Shown here one piece after another: positions 53,554 through 63,681 of a DNA stretch of 64,000 nucleotides. Each line of letters begins with the position of its first letter. The first letter of the stretch is position 1. The stretch covers positions 1,184,001 to 1,248,000 of the forward strand of contig CAVSGI010000010.1 of the NCBI GenBank assembly GCA_963727445.1, given 5' to 3'. The position numbers and the translations under genes were made by a program. The stretch is from an uncultured delta proteobacterium (lineage in GTDB: Bacteria; Myxococcota_A; Polyangia; Polyangiales; B10-G4). The notes beneath the pieces are model-generated. The model was not told where the DNA came from. It saw only the letters and a list, made by a program, of their open reading frames with translations, and searched no databases.

Positions 53554-55465
53554 GGACGCTCCTCCTCAAGGAGCTCCGCGCCCTGGTGCCGGTTTACGTC
53601 GTCACCTTCCTGCTCATCAGCGGCGACATCTTCACCCGCCCCTTCAGTCAGCGCCTCGACGAAGCGAGCTGGAGCTCCATCAGCAGCATCACGAACAGCG
53701 ATCAGTCCTTCTACGCCTTCATGCTGGTGATCCTGGCCCTCATCGTCGCCTACGCGGCGCTGCCGCGGGAGCACGACGAGGGGACCATCGAGCTGCTCTA
53801 CAGTCTCCCCATCTCGCGCACCGCGGTGTTCGGGGCGAAGGCGATCGCCGGGATGACGGTCCTGGTGATGGGCGTCGCGGGCGGGGCGGTGACCGACGCG
53901 CTCCTCGCCGCCCCCAACCCGCAGTCCCTCGGGGGTGAGCAGTTCCACCTGGGCATCGCCGCGACCTCGGTCTTCCTCCGCGGCCTCTTCGCGATCGTCA
54001 TCTACTGCCACGCACTCTTCGCGAGCTTCTTCCGCCGTCTCGGACTGATCCCCTTCATGGGGATCGCCTACGGACTGGTGGTGTTCCAGGACGCGGTGCC
54101 GGACCTGGCGTTCCTCGACCCTTCGACCATGGCCGACCTCAGCTACGAGGGACAGCGGATCCTCATCCCCTGGAAGGTCATCGGGCTGCACGTTCCCCTC
54201 GCGGCCCTCTCCCTCGTCGCCGCCGGCGTCCTGTGGACGCGCGCCGGCGAGAACACCGCGTGGCTCATGGATCGCGCACAGCGCACCGTGGTCGGCCGCG
54301 TCGGGCTCGGCTGTGCGACGGCGGCGGTGGTCACCACCGCCACGGTGCTCATCGTCATCCTCTCGATCCGCAGCACCGAGGGCGAAGAGGACCCGACCCA
54401 TCCCGAGATCGAATACGTCTCCTTCGCGTCGGCCACCGCCGAGACCGATCACTTCCATTTCACCTATCCCGTCAACCTCCGCGGCCGCGCCATGCCCCTC
54501 GTCGCGCGTTCGGAGGAGCTCTACGGGGGCCTCGGCGAGCTCCTCGAGATGCCCGATCGGCCGCCGGCCACGATCGATCTCACCGAGGCGAGCAGCCAAC
54601 ACCTCGGTATCGCGTCCTGGACCAGGGTGCGCGTGGGTCTGGTGCTTCACCCCGACCCGGTGGAGCTCGAGCACACGGTGACGCACGAGCTTGCGCACGT
54701 GCTCCAGCACCACCTCTCCGACCGGCGGATGAACGACGCGCGACGCGCGACCGCCCTGTTCATCGAAGGAAGCGCCGAGTACCTCGCTTACGAGGTCGTC
54801 CCACGCCCGGAGAGCCGCCTCAGCGCGCGACGGGTCGCGGCCGCGATGTGGCAGCGCCACGACCTGTCCACGGACGAGCTCCTGGATCACGACCGCATGA
54901 AAGAGCGTTGGGATCCGCGGCTCGCCTATTACGTCGGTGAGGTGTACACGCAGGCCGTGGTCGACGCCTGTGGCGAGCACGCGGTCGGCCGGGTCTTTCG
55001 TGCGATGGCGCGCCCCGACGCCCCGCAGGATTCTGGCGCCCGACGCGTTCTGGCGGGACACGCTACAGGCCATCTCGTGCTCCTTCGAGACCGTCCGCGC
55101 GAGCTTCGAGCGCATCCTCGCGGAGACCGCCGAAGCCGAGCATGCGTTCATCGACGCGGTGCCCCGGCCTTCGGGCGGCGTCGTCGGCCCGAGCCCCGAA
55201 GGAGCCCAGAATCCTCGTCACCCTCGACAAGCCGCTGCCGCCCGGCGGGCGGGTCGTCGTCTCCGTCCGGCGCCATGCAGGTGTGGCCGATTCCGAGATC
55301 AGCGGCACCATCGCCTCGCCGCGCGCGGACGACCCGCTGCACTTCGATGCGAACGTTCCCGTACCGCTCGGCGCCGAGAGCTTTCAGTTCGAGATGGGCG
55401 TCCAAGCGGGCGAGGACCAGTGGCCGGTGTACGAGCCGTGGCGCAACGCGCGAATCAGCTGGTGA
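53550..55465 (+). CDS. ABC-2 type permease fused to gluzincin/peptidase MA-like domain (frameshifts near 55032 and 55200)
   Basis: LLKELR, EHDEGTIELLYSLPISR and TM helices; THELAH...FIEGSAEY zinc motif. Confidence 0.75.
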
Positions 55466-55933
55466 TCACGGAGGCTCTGGAGGGATGGTGCCGGCCGCCT
55501 CTTCGAGGCGTCCCTTCGCCATCATCTCCACCGACCAGGAGACGAGATCCGACTCGGTGAGGATGCCGAGCAGGTGCTCCCCCTCGGTGACCAGCACACA
55601 GCCGAACTTCTCCGTGAGCATGAGCCGCGCTGCGTCGTCGGCAGGCGTCGCCGGACCGCAGGTCGCCAGGTCGTGGTCGGTCATGAAGTCGCCGATGCGG
55701 ACGCTCACCACCTTGTCCTCGCTCGAGCTCGCGGCGGCATCGGTGAGGAGCTTCGCCTGCGCGCGCATCAGATCGCGGTGGGTCACCAGACCGACGAGCT
55801 TTCCGCCTTCGACCACGGGAACGTGGCGGACGTGCTCGAGCCGCATGATCTGTTCAGCGGAGACGAAGTCCTGATTCGGGTCGACGGTGAAGACCTCGGT
55901 GGTCATGAGGTCGCGGACGCGCATGAGGCTCAT
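55466..55933 (-). CDS. CBS domain-containing protein
   Basis: VRDLMT, VRHVPVV-GKLVGLVTHRDL, LLGILTESD tandem CBS pair. Confidence 0.9.
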   Translation of the reverse strand: MSLMRVRDLMTTEVFTVDPNQDFVSAEQIMRLEHVRHVPVVEGGKLVGLVTHRDLMRAQAKLLTDAAASSSEDKVVSVRIGDFMTDHDLATCGPATPADDAARLMLTEKFGCVLVTEGEHLLGILTESDLVSWSVEMMAKGRLEEAAGTIPPEPP

Positions 55934-56134
55934 GGCGGGCTCCTTGTCTCGGGCACTCCTCAAGTGGGCCCCGCGCGAGAGGAAACAACCCGCAAAGTCC
56001 TGGCCAAACCCCTCGAACCGGAAGCCTCAGGGGCCGATCGGCGGATCCATTCGCCACCTGTGTCCCCGGAATCATTCGCTTAAGCACTGGTACGCCCGTT
56101 GCGTAGGAGAGGGACTGGGTATCAGGAGGCGGGC

Positions 56135-58630
56135 ATGGCAGCGCATCAAAAGATTCTGAAGACGCTCTTTTTGGCACTGGCCCTCGCGGGCTGCGTGGGA
56201 CAGGGCGGCGAGCCGGCGATGGACGAGATCGAGGTCCAGTGCGACGGCAAGTGCGACGGCCTCGGCGGCAGCATCCGTTCGCTGTGGGACCGGGCCCGGC
56301 AGGTGGACCGAGGCGACCTCGTCAACGTGACGGCGGAGCTGGCCACCGACCAAGTGAACGACGCGCTGGCCTTCGACAACGCGGCGCTGGGCTTCGACGC
56401 GCCCGAGCTCTACGCGCTTCACGACGACGCGTCGATGGACCTGACGCTCCACGATCTCGACGACCTCACGCAGGGGCTCGCCTATCGCTACGGGGAGCGC
56501 GAGCTCACCACCGCGGTCAACCGGGTTCGCCAGGAGCACCTGACGAACAGCGGCGACGTCGTCTTCGCCGAGGCCGCCTTCGAGATCGACGGCCGGGTCA
56601 ATCACGGCTGGAACCTCGAGACCGGCGGCCTTCTGGGTGACGATAGCTGGGCCTCGGTCGGCTTCACCGCCGGCGCGCGCCTGCAGAGCCGCGTCATCGG
56701 CGCCTTCGGCAACGAGATCCGCTCCAACGGCCAGTCGATGCTCCGCGCCATGCGCGAGAGCCGCGGCTTCATCCTGCCCCGCAGCGCCGACGACCTGCGC
56801 GAGATGGCGCCCGGCGAGTCGATCGCGCTGTCGGGCGAGGGCGCTCTGGGCATCAACATCGGCGCGGGCGTGCCCCTCATCGTGGCCGAGCCCTCCTCAC
56901 ATCTCACCTACAACATCGTGGTCTCCGGCTCCCTCCGCGCGCGCCTCGAGGGCGAGCTCGACGTGCAGCTGGTGCGCATGGACGGCGACGACGTCTACGT
57001 CGACGTCGGCACCACCAAGGTCTTCGAGCGCAGCGCCAAGCTGGCCATCTACGACGGCTGGGGCGTCGGCGGCTTCATCGAGACCGAGATCGAGATCGCG
57101 AACCACGTGGTCGACCTCGGGCGCATCGTCGAGCGCGCCCTCGAAAAGCAGCTCGACCGGCAGATCAACCTCATCGACGGCCGCCTCGAGCGCACCGGCC
57201 AGGAGAGCCGCGTGAGCGTGGCGCGCTTCCGCTTCGACCTCGACGAGCTCGGCGAGGACGGCAAGAAGGCCCTCGAGCAGGTCCTCTCGGGCGACGTCCG
57301 CCTGGCCCAGCTCCTCAGCAACCAGAACGAGCCTGGCGTCCACGCCGAGTTCGATCTCCTCCGCTCCGGCGAGACGAGCACCGGCTACGCCGGGATCGAC
57401 CTGCTCGGCATGAGCTTCTTCCGCGAGCGCATCGAGCGAAACGGCTCGGCGGTCATCCAGACCCCGGGCGGCGTCCGCAGCATCATGTTCGACTCGCTGC
57501 ACCGCGAGAGCGGCTGGTTCTTCTCCAGCCACGGCTACACCCGCGTGGGCCTGAGCGGCCTCACCTGGGACCCCCGCGGCGGGGGCGAGCCCGAGGGTGA
57601 AGCGAACCTCTTCATCCAGGTCGTCGAAGGCGACAGCTACATGCAGCGCGACAAGGTCCTCGACCACATCGATTCTCTCATCGTGGCCCTCGTCGGCCCG
57701 GAGCCCTTCGCCATCGTCGAGGACTACGGCAACCGTGTCGAGGCGCACACCGAGTCGCTCTGCTCGCCGAGCAGCCGCGCGGGCTCGGCCTGCTTCGAGG
57801 ACGTCCTGACCGACCCGACCACCGTCGCCCTGCGCAACGACGGCCTCGAGGCCTTCTCCGCCGCGCTGCCAAGTGGCCTCTCCGAGGACGTGCGCAACCT
57901 GGCCCTCGACGCCGCCCGGCTCCGCCTCACGGCGCAGGCGACGGTGGAGATCGCCGCGTCGCTCACCGGTCCCGAGACCTCGGTGGTCCTCGACTACCGC
58001 CTCGACGACCGCGCCCTCGACAACCTCATGTTCAATCGCAGCGGTGACGACTTCGCCAAGGCGATCCGGCAGTACCTCGTGCTGGCCGAGGCGGACCGCG
58101 AGCTCGATCCCACCGACCAGGCGGAAGCACGCCGCCGCGTGCTCGAGCGGAACGAAGGCCACATTCGCGCCCTCACCTCGCTCTTCGACACCTACCGCGA
58201 GCGCTACCAGGAGCAGGCCTCGGCGGAGCGTTCGATCCTCACGGGGGTCGGCGAGCTCGGCGCCCAGGCCCTGGAGATCCGCTACGACGTGGACCGCGAT
58301 GGCGCCCCGGTCTACGAGTCCGCCACGGCGCGCTCGCTGGCGCAGGCCCGCTCCGCCACCGCCACCGAGCTCTACGACGCGCTCATCGACGCCGCGGGCG
58401 ACCTGCCGGGTCTGGAGGAGCAGGTCGTGGCCTACTCCTTCCTCTTCATGACCCCGGCCGAGAACCAGGACATCCGCATCGACATGGACTTCGACACCAG
58501 CAGCTGGGTCTACGAACACTACGAGACCGCCGGCTATGCCGACTTCGACTGGTACGCCAAGGGCGCCTCGGTGGCCCACATCGACGGCGGCTTCTTCGAC
58601 ATCGACGCCCTCGTCAACGTCGACGACTGA
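56135..58630 (+). CDS. Large hypothetical lipoprotein
   Basis: Lipobox LAGC; CDGKCD motif; strong coding-like codon bias; no family recognised. Confidence 0.7.
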   Translation: MAAHQKILKTLFLALALAGCVGQGGEPAMDEIEVQCDGKCDGLGGSIRSLWDRARQVDRGDLVNVTAELATDQVNDALAFDNAALGFDAPELYALHDDASMDLTLHDLDDLTQGLAYRYGERELTTAVNRVRQEHLTNSGDVVFAEAAFEIDGRVNHGWNLETGGLLGDDSWASVGFTAGARLQSRVIGAFGNEIRSNGQSMLRAMRESRGFILPRSADDLREMAPGESIALSGEGALGINIGAGVPLIVAEPSSHLTYNIVVSGSLRARLEGELDVQLVRMDGDDVYVDVGTTKVFERSAKLAIYDGWGVGGFIETEIEIANHVVDLGRIVERALEKQLDRQINLIDGRLERTGQESRVSVARFRFDLDELGEDGKKALEQVLSGDVRLAQLLSNQNEPGVHAEFDLLRSGETSTGYAGIDLLGMSFFRERIERNGSAVIQTPGGVRSIMFDSLHRESGWFFSSHGYTRVGLSGLTWDPRGGGEPEGEANLFIQVVEGDSYMQRDKVLDHIDSLIVALVGPEPFAIVEDYGNRVEAHTESLCSPSSRAGSACFEDVLTDPTTVALRNDGLEAFSAALPSGLSEDVRNLALDAARLRLTAQATVEIAASLTGPETSVVLDYRLDDRALDNLMFNRSGDDFAKAIRQYLVLAEADRELDPTDQAEARRRVLERNEGHIRALTSLFDTYRERYQEQASAERSILTGVGELGAQALEIRYDVDRDGAPVYESATARSLAQARSATATELYDALIDAAGDLPGLEEQVVAYSFLFMTPAENQDIRIDMDFDTSSWVYEHYETAGYADFDWYAKGASVAHIDGGFFDIDALVNVDD

Positions 58631-58658
58631 TCCGCGCGATCACCTTGCATCGCGAGAG

Positions 58659-58688
58659 GGGGCCGAACGCAGCTGCTGCGTCGGCCCC
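58659..58688 (+). terminator. GC-rich stem-loop after the lipoprotein gene
   Basis: GGGGCCG(A)ACGCAG-CTG-CTGCGTCGGCCCC; only a weak downstream T content. Confidence 0.45.
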
Positions 58689-58780
58689 GCTTCGGTTTCA
58701 CGGAGATCACAGGGGAAAACGGTGGCCCGGACCTTGCTCCATGGAGGGTGTCATACCCTTTCAGCCCCTCGGAGCACGCC

Positions 58781-58945
58781 ATGGCCAGCACCGTTTCCCA
58801 TCTCCCGAAGCTCTCGAAGCGTGAGAACAAGGAGCCCAACTACCGGAAGACCCCGGCGTTCCCGCTTCTCATCGGCATCCTGACCTCGGTGTCGGCGCTT
58901 CTGATCTTCGCGGTCTACAAAGCGATCAGCCTCGGCATTTTCTGA
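58781..58945 (+). CDS. Small single-pass membrane protein (54 aa)
   Basis: GGAG RBS, basic N-terminus, TM LLIGILTSVSALLIFAVY, GC3-rich codons. Confidence 0.55.
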   Translation: MASTVSHLPKLSKRENKEPNYRKTPAFPLLIGILTSVSALLIFAVYKAISLGIF

Positions 58946-59094
58946 GCGACTGCCATTTTCTTACTCGCGTCGTCGCGCCCCTCTCCAGACGAGAAGGGGC
59001 GCGGCCGCAATTGTGGCGTTCGCCCGCGAACACGGTGTTTGCGTAGAGCGTGCAAGAGGTTGCCGTGAGCGCATCGGGGTCCAGATCCCCCTTT

Positions 59095-59319
59095 GTGAGC
59101 CCGAAGACGCGCTCGTGTCTCTTCCTCGCCCTGTGGGCCCTCTCGCATCTGAGCGGCTGTGCCACGACCAAGCCGTGGGAGCGGGAGAACCTCGCGCAGC
59201 CCGAGATGGCGCCCGACGAGGACCCGGACAGCGCCAGGCTTCGCGGTCACTACCAGAGCACGCGTGAGGGGGCGGTCGGTGGGTTTGGGGGTGGAGGCGG
59301 AGGCTGCGGTTGCAACTGA
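59095..59319 (+). CDS. DUF4266 domain lipoprotein
   Basis: LSGC, KPWERENLA-xEM, H...REGAxGG and GGGGCGCN terminus; start uncertain. Confidence 0.85.
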   Translation: MSPKTRSCLFLALWALSHLSGCATTKPWERENLAQPEMAPDEDPDSARLRGHYQSTREGAVGGFGGGGGGCGCN

Positions 59320-60476
59320 AGCACTGGCTGGCGGCGCTCCCCCTCCTCGCCGTCGGACTCGTCAGCGCCACCCCGACGCGAGCCCAGGTCGACCCGTGGC
59401 GCGTCGCCGTGGACACGCTGCTCTACACCGATGACGACAACGTCATGGTGGTCACGCCGCAGCTCGCGGTGAGCTACATGCCCGACGAGGACGGGAGCAA
59501 GGTGTGGGCTTCCGGCGCCGTCGACGCCATCAGCGCGGCCTCGGTGGACGTGGTGAGCCACGCGACCAACGGGTTTCAGGAGGTTCGCTACGAGGGCAAC
59601 CTCGGGATGGCGTGGGCCTTCGGGGACTACGTCCCTTCGGTCAGCTATCGCAGCTCCTACGAGCCCGACTACTTCAGCAACGGAGGGCGGGTCGGCCTCC
59701 AGGCCAATCTGGCGGGCGACGACACCACCCTCAACGGTGGCTACGGGCTCACCTACGACATCGTGGGTCGGGCGTACACGCCGTGGAACGCTTTTCAGAG
59801 GACGCTGGTGACGCACACCGGAGACATCGGCGTGACGCAGGTGCTCGGGCCGAACACGCTCCTCAGGGGCGTCTACACGATCACCGTGCAGAACGGCTAC
59901 ATGGAGAAGCCATATCGCTACGTCCCGCTCTTCGACGCCGCGGGGATCGCCAGAGCCCAGGCCGATGGAACGCAGATCGACCTGTCGAACTTCGATCGCT
60001 ACCGCCTGGCCACCAGACCACCGGAGGAGGTGCCCGATCAACGCTACCGCCACTCCTTCGCCGTGCGCCTCATGCACTACCTCGAAGGGATACGAACCAG
60101 CCTGAAGCTCGACTACCAGTTCTACTTCGACGATTGGGGCGTCACGGCGCACATCCTCGAGCCTGCCCTCGAGATCGCCGCTTCCGACCGTCTGCTCATC
60201 CACCTGGGCTTACGAGGGTATCTGCAGACGCGTGCCAGCTTCTGGCAACGGACCTACGTGGTGGATCGACCGGAGGACATCCCGCAATACCGAACCGTCG
60301 ATCGGGATCTCAGCGGCTACACGACAGGCCTCTTCGACGCGCGGCTGGAATGGACGAACGGGACCTTCACACTCTACGGAGACGCCATGACGGCCTACAC
60401 CCGGTACTTCGAGTTTCTGTATCGTGATCATCTCTTCACGCTGCTCTTCCTCGCTGGCCTGCGGGTGAACCTTTGA
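59310..60476 (+). CDS. DUF3570 domain protein (putative outer-membrane beta-barrel)
   Basis: TTG start overlapping the DUF4266 end (MQLK); VDAISAAS, EPDY, GYMEKPYR, EEVPDQR, YFDDWGV and DRDLS motifs. Confidence 0.85.
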   Translation: MQLKHWLAALPLLAVGLVSATPTRAQVDPWRVAVDTLLYTDDDNVMVVTPQLAVSYMPDEDGSKVWASGAVDAISAASVDVVSHATNGFQEVRYEGNLGMAWAFGDYVPSVSYRSSYEPDYFSNGGRVGLQANLAGDDTTLNGGYGLTYDIVGRAYTPWNAFQRTLVTHTGDIGVTQVLGPNTLLRGVYTITVQNGYMEKPYRYVPLFDAAGIARAQADGTQIDLSNFDRYRLATRPPEEVPDQRYRHSFAVRLMHYLEGIRTSLKLDYQFYFDDWGVTAHILEPALEIAASDRLLIHLGLRGYLQTRASFWQRTYVVDRPEDIPQYRTVDRDLSGYTTGLFDARLEWTNGTFTLYGDAMTAYTRYFEFLYRDHLFTLLFLAGLRVNL

Positions 60477-61003
60477 CGCTTCGGCTGACGACGCTGGCGC
60501 TCACGTCGATGCTCGCGGTGGGGGGCTGCATCGGCACGACCCCGGAGGACCGCGCCAGAGACAGCCTCCCGCCCTACTACGACGGTGATCAGTTTCATCG
60601 GCCGGGCCAGCCTTGCATCCTCTGCCACAACGGCGGCTTGACGGGCGAGGGGGAGTTCATGGTGGCCGGGACCGTCTACCCGATGGCGAACAGCAATTCG
60701 GAGGCGGGGATGGGCGGCGTGGTCGTCGAGGTCACCGACGCCGAAGGCAACGTGGTCCGGGTGACGAGCAACCGCAAAGGCAACTTCTACTTCGAGCAGG
60801 GCGGCGGTCTGCGAGAGGGCGTGGGTCAAACCCGCGTCCCCTACCAGCTCGTCTACCCGCTGCAGGTCCGCCTCCTCTACGGCGATCTGATCAAGGTGAT
60901 GAAGGGTGTGACCTGGCGCGAGGGAAGCTGCGCCCACTGTCACACGCTTCAGGGCCCGAACGAGGCGAGCGAGCCTCCCGTCTACCTGATGGATCCGCCA
61001 TGA
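60473..61003 (+). CDS. Putative di-heme c-type cytochrome lipoprotein
   Basis: Lipobox VGGC; HRPGQPCILCH and SCAHCH flanking an AGTVY...SNxxGNFY beta-sandwich. Confidence 0.7.
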   Translation: MTLRLTTLALTSMLAVGGCIGTTPEDRARDSLPPYYDGDQFHRPGQPCILCHNGGLTGEGEFMVAGTVYPMANSNSEAGMGGVVVEVTDAEGNVVRVTSNRKGNFYFEQGGGLREGVGQTRVPYQLVYPLQVRLLYGDLIKVMKGVTWREGSCAHCHTLQGPNEASEPPVYLMDPP

Positions 61004-61482
61004 GACACGTGGCACTCCCCCTCTTCGTCCTCCTGCTCGGCGCGTGCAACATCGCGCCGGGTGCGGTCCCGATCGAGGTCATGGCAGACCGGGACGACTG
61101 GGCGAATCACGTGCAGCCCTACGTCGAGAGACGCTGCGGCACCCTCGACTGCCACGGCGTCGAGGGCCGGCCGTTTCGCGTCTACGCCTTCGAGGGTTTG
61201 CGCGCACAGCCGGACCGCACCCTGATCATCACCGACGCCGAGATCGACGACAACGTGGCGGCCGCCATCGGCGTGGGCCCGACGGACTCGGTGGAGAGCC
61301 ACCCGCTGCTGCTGAAGCCGTTGCCTCCCGACGGCGGCGGCTTTCACCACAAGGGCGATCCGGTCTGGTCATCGCGCAACGACCCCGGCTACCTGTGCCT
61401 CTACGATTGGCTCAGCGGCATGGACCCGAGCGCGGACTGCGCGGATGCCCTCGCCGCCGTGCCTCGCACCGAGCAGCCCTGA
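61000..61482 (+). CDS. Lipoprotein with atypical CX4CH motif, cytochrome c-like
   Basis: Lipobox LGAC; VQPYVERRCGTLDCHG, LLLKP, HKG and LYDW motifs. Confidence 0.6.
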   Translation: MRHVALPLFVLLLGACNIAPGAVPIEVMADRDDWANHVQPYVERRCGTLDCHGVEGRPFRVYAFEGLRAQPDRTLIITDAEIDDNVAAAIGVGPTDSVESHPLLLKPLPPDGGGFHHKGDPVWSSRNDPGYLCLYDWLSGMDPSADCADALAAVPRTEQP

Positions 61483-61499
61483 GCGGCTGCGCTCCGAAT

Positions 61500-62240
61500 T
61501 CAGCGAATCGCGCGCCGCGCGCGCAGGATCAGCAGGTCGAGGAGCATGCGGCCCGCGTCCCCGAAGGGCGAGACCTTCGACTCCGGCACGTGTGACCAGG
61601 TCACCGGCGCCTCGCACACGCGGAGGCCGAGATCACGTGCGACGAGCAGCACCTCGACGTCGAAGGCGAAGCGCTCGATGGTCAGGCGCGAGAAGATCGC
61701 GTCGGCCGCGTCACGCCGAAACGCCTTGAAGCCGCACTGTGTATCGGCGTAGTCGTGCATCAACAGGAGGCGTACGAGGCCGTTGAAGGTCTTGCCCATG
61801 CGCTCCCGGTACGAGGGCTGGCGACGAGCGATGTGGCTCTCGCGGTGCGCCCTCGATCCGATGACCACATCGCACCCTTCGTCCAGAAGCGTGAGGAAGC
61901 GGTCGATCTCCTCGAGGGGCGTCGCCAGATCGGCATCCATGAAGAGGACGCGCGCGCCGCGACTCGCGAGCACCCCGCGCCGAACCGAGGCTCCCTTTCC
62001 GCGACCTCTCATCCCGCCCAGGTGGCGAAGACGCGGCTCCTCCGCCGCGCGCGCATCGACGATCTCGGCGGTCGCGTCGCGCGATCCATCGGTGACGACG
62101 AGGAGCTCGAAGCGCGGGTAATGCATCTCGAGATACGAGACGGTCTCGTCCAGGGTGCGCCCGATGCGCCGCGCCTCGTCGTAGGCGGGGATGACGATGC
62201 TGAGCTCGGGCAGGCCCACGACGCGAGGGTTAAAGCACAT
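61500..62240 (-). CDS. GT2 glycosyltransferase, polyprenol-phosphate glucosyltransferase-like
   Basis: SIVIPAYDE, DGSRD, GKGASVRRG, FMDADLAT, GSR, DTQCGFK and FAFDVE motifs. Confidence 0.9.
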   Translation of the reverse strand: MCFNPRVVGLPELSIVIPAYDEARRIGRTLDETVSYLEMHYPRFELLVVTDGSRDATAEIVDARAAEEPRLRHLGGMRGRGKGASVRRGVLASRGARVLFMDADLATPLEEIDRFLTLLDEGCDVVIGSRAHRESHIARRQPSYRERMGKTFNGLVRLLLMHDYADTQCGFKAFRRDAADAIFSRLTIERFAFDVEVLLVARDLGLRVCEAPVTWSHVPESKVSPFGDAGRMLLDLLILRARRAIR

Positions 62241-62286
62241 TTCGTGACCCCGACCGAGGATTACGGATCGTGTACTGTCTGCGCAC

Positions 62287-62985
62287 GTGCTCTACGGAAC
62301 CGCCTTCATCGTGACCGCCGTGCTTCTCGCGTTGGGCGCAGACGAGGGCGGCGTACTCACGATCCTCTACTGGCCGGCGGCCTGCTGCGCAGTGATCGGC
62401 GCCGGTTATCTGGGTCTGGGCGCCGGCATGCTGGGCAAGCGCGCGGATGGAACACGCCCGCTTTGGAGCTGGGTGATCTTCGCGCCCTATTACCTCTTCG
62501 TGTGGATCGCGATGACCTTCCTCCGCGGTCTTTCGAGCGAAGACCGCTACAACGAGGTGGCGCCGGGGATCTTCGTCGGCCGCCGCTGCGAGCTGGACGA
62601 GCTGCCGGAGGGCGTCTCCACCGTCGTCGATCTCACGGCCGAGCTCGACGTGCCTCGTGGCCTCAGAGACGCGGTCTTCTATCGGACGCTCCCCACCCTC
62701 GATGGCGCGGCGCCGAACGAGCGCCGACTCCGCGCGCTGGTGGACGAGGTCGCGGCGCGCCCCGGCCCCATCTACGTCCACTGTGCGGCAGGACACGCGC
62801 GATCGGCGCTCACCGCCGCGGCGATCGTGCTCCACCGTGGCGGCGCGGCTGACGCGGTGGAGGTGATGCGCAGCTTTCGCAAAGCGCGTCCCAGGATCGG
62901 CCTGTCGTCGCCTCAGTGGTCGCTGCTCCGGCGCCTGGCCGCGGCCAGCTCACCCGACGCCGGAGAAGCCCGTCTCGGCGATTAG
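62287..62985 (+). CDS. Membrane-bound dual-specificity phosphatase family protein
   Basis: N-terminal TM helices; VVDLTAE, PTLD and VHCAAGHARS (CX5R) motifs. Confidence 0.85.
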   Translation: MLYGTAFIVTAVLLALGADEGGVLTILYWPAACCAVIGAGYLGLGAGMLGKRADGTRPLWSWVIFAPYYLFVWIAMTFLRGLSSEDRYNEVAPGIFVGRRCELDELPEGVSTVVDLTAELDVPRGLRDAVFYRTLPTLDGAAPNERRLRALVDEVAARPGPIYVHCAAGHARSALTAAAIVLHRGGAADAVEVMRSFRKARPRIGLSSPQWSLLRRLAAASSPDAGEARLGD

Positions 62986-63681
62986 CGCGTCCCGCCACGC
63001 CAGCAGGTCGGAGTAGTGCTCCGTGAGCTCGGCGTCCGTCCAGATGCGTCGCTCGGCAGGCCCACGTTCCGCCAGCTCGCTCGGCCGGACGTACTCGAGC
63101 ACCACCGCCATCACGACGTCGGCGTAGCTCGGCGCGTCGCCGATCAGGTACTTGCGCCCGCCCAAACCCTCGCGGAGCGCATCGAGCGCGGCGGCCAAGC
63201 CGGCGGGCTGTTCCGCGTCGTACTTGCCCATCGTCCGTTTGGCGATGGCGCGGGCGATCGGACGGAGCGCCGGTGCGACGAAGGCCGGGTAGGACCGGGA
63301 CGACGCCTCGTCCAGCGCTGTGGGGTCGTCGATCAGCGCCATGGTAGAGCGGCGGCGGCCGATCTCGAGCGCGCGCTCGCTTTGCTCGTTCCAGCGCTCG
63401 ACCGCCTCGAGCTCCGGGAAGAGCGATGCGCCGCGTCCATGGGCGTCGGCCCAAAGCGCGATGTTCCACGAGTCCTCGATGGCCCCGACGTCGGTACCGA
63501 GGAGCACCGGGACGCTCATGCGCCCGCTGAAGCGCCCGAGCCGCAGGCGCAGGCCGAGCTCGCCGAGAGTGGGCGTGTAGTGGCGCACGCGATGATCGAT
63601 GCTGCGGAGGTGTAGCGCCCAGGCAGCCTTGAGCGACCAGGGCGAATAGGGGATCGCGACGAGGCTCGGCCTCTTGCTCAT
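62950..63681 (-). CDS. Glutathione S-transferase-like protein
   Basis: YSPWSLKA, SVPVL, DSWNIA and YLIGDAPSYAD motifs. Confidence 0.8.
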   Translation of the reverse strand: MSKRPSLVAIPYSPWSLKAAWALHLRSIDHRVRHYTPTLGELGLRLRLGRFSGRMSVPVLLGTDVGAIEDSWNIALWADAHGRGASLFPELEAVERWNEQSERALEIGRRRSTMALIDDPTALDEASSRSYPAFVAPALRPIARAIAKRTMGKYDAEQPAGLAAALDALREGLGGRKYLIGDAPSYADVVMAVVLEYVRPSELAERGPAERRIWTDAELTEHYSDLLAWRDALIAETGFSGVG

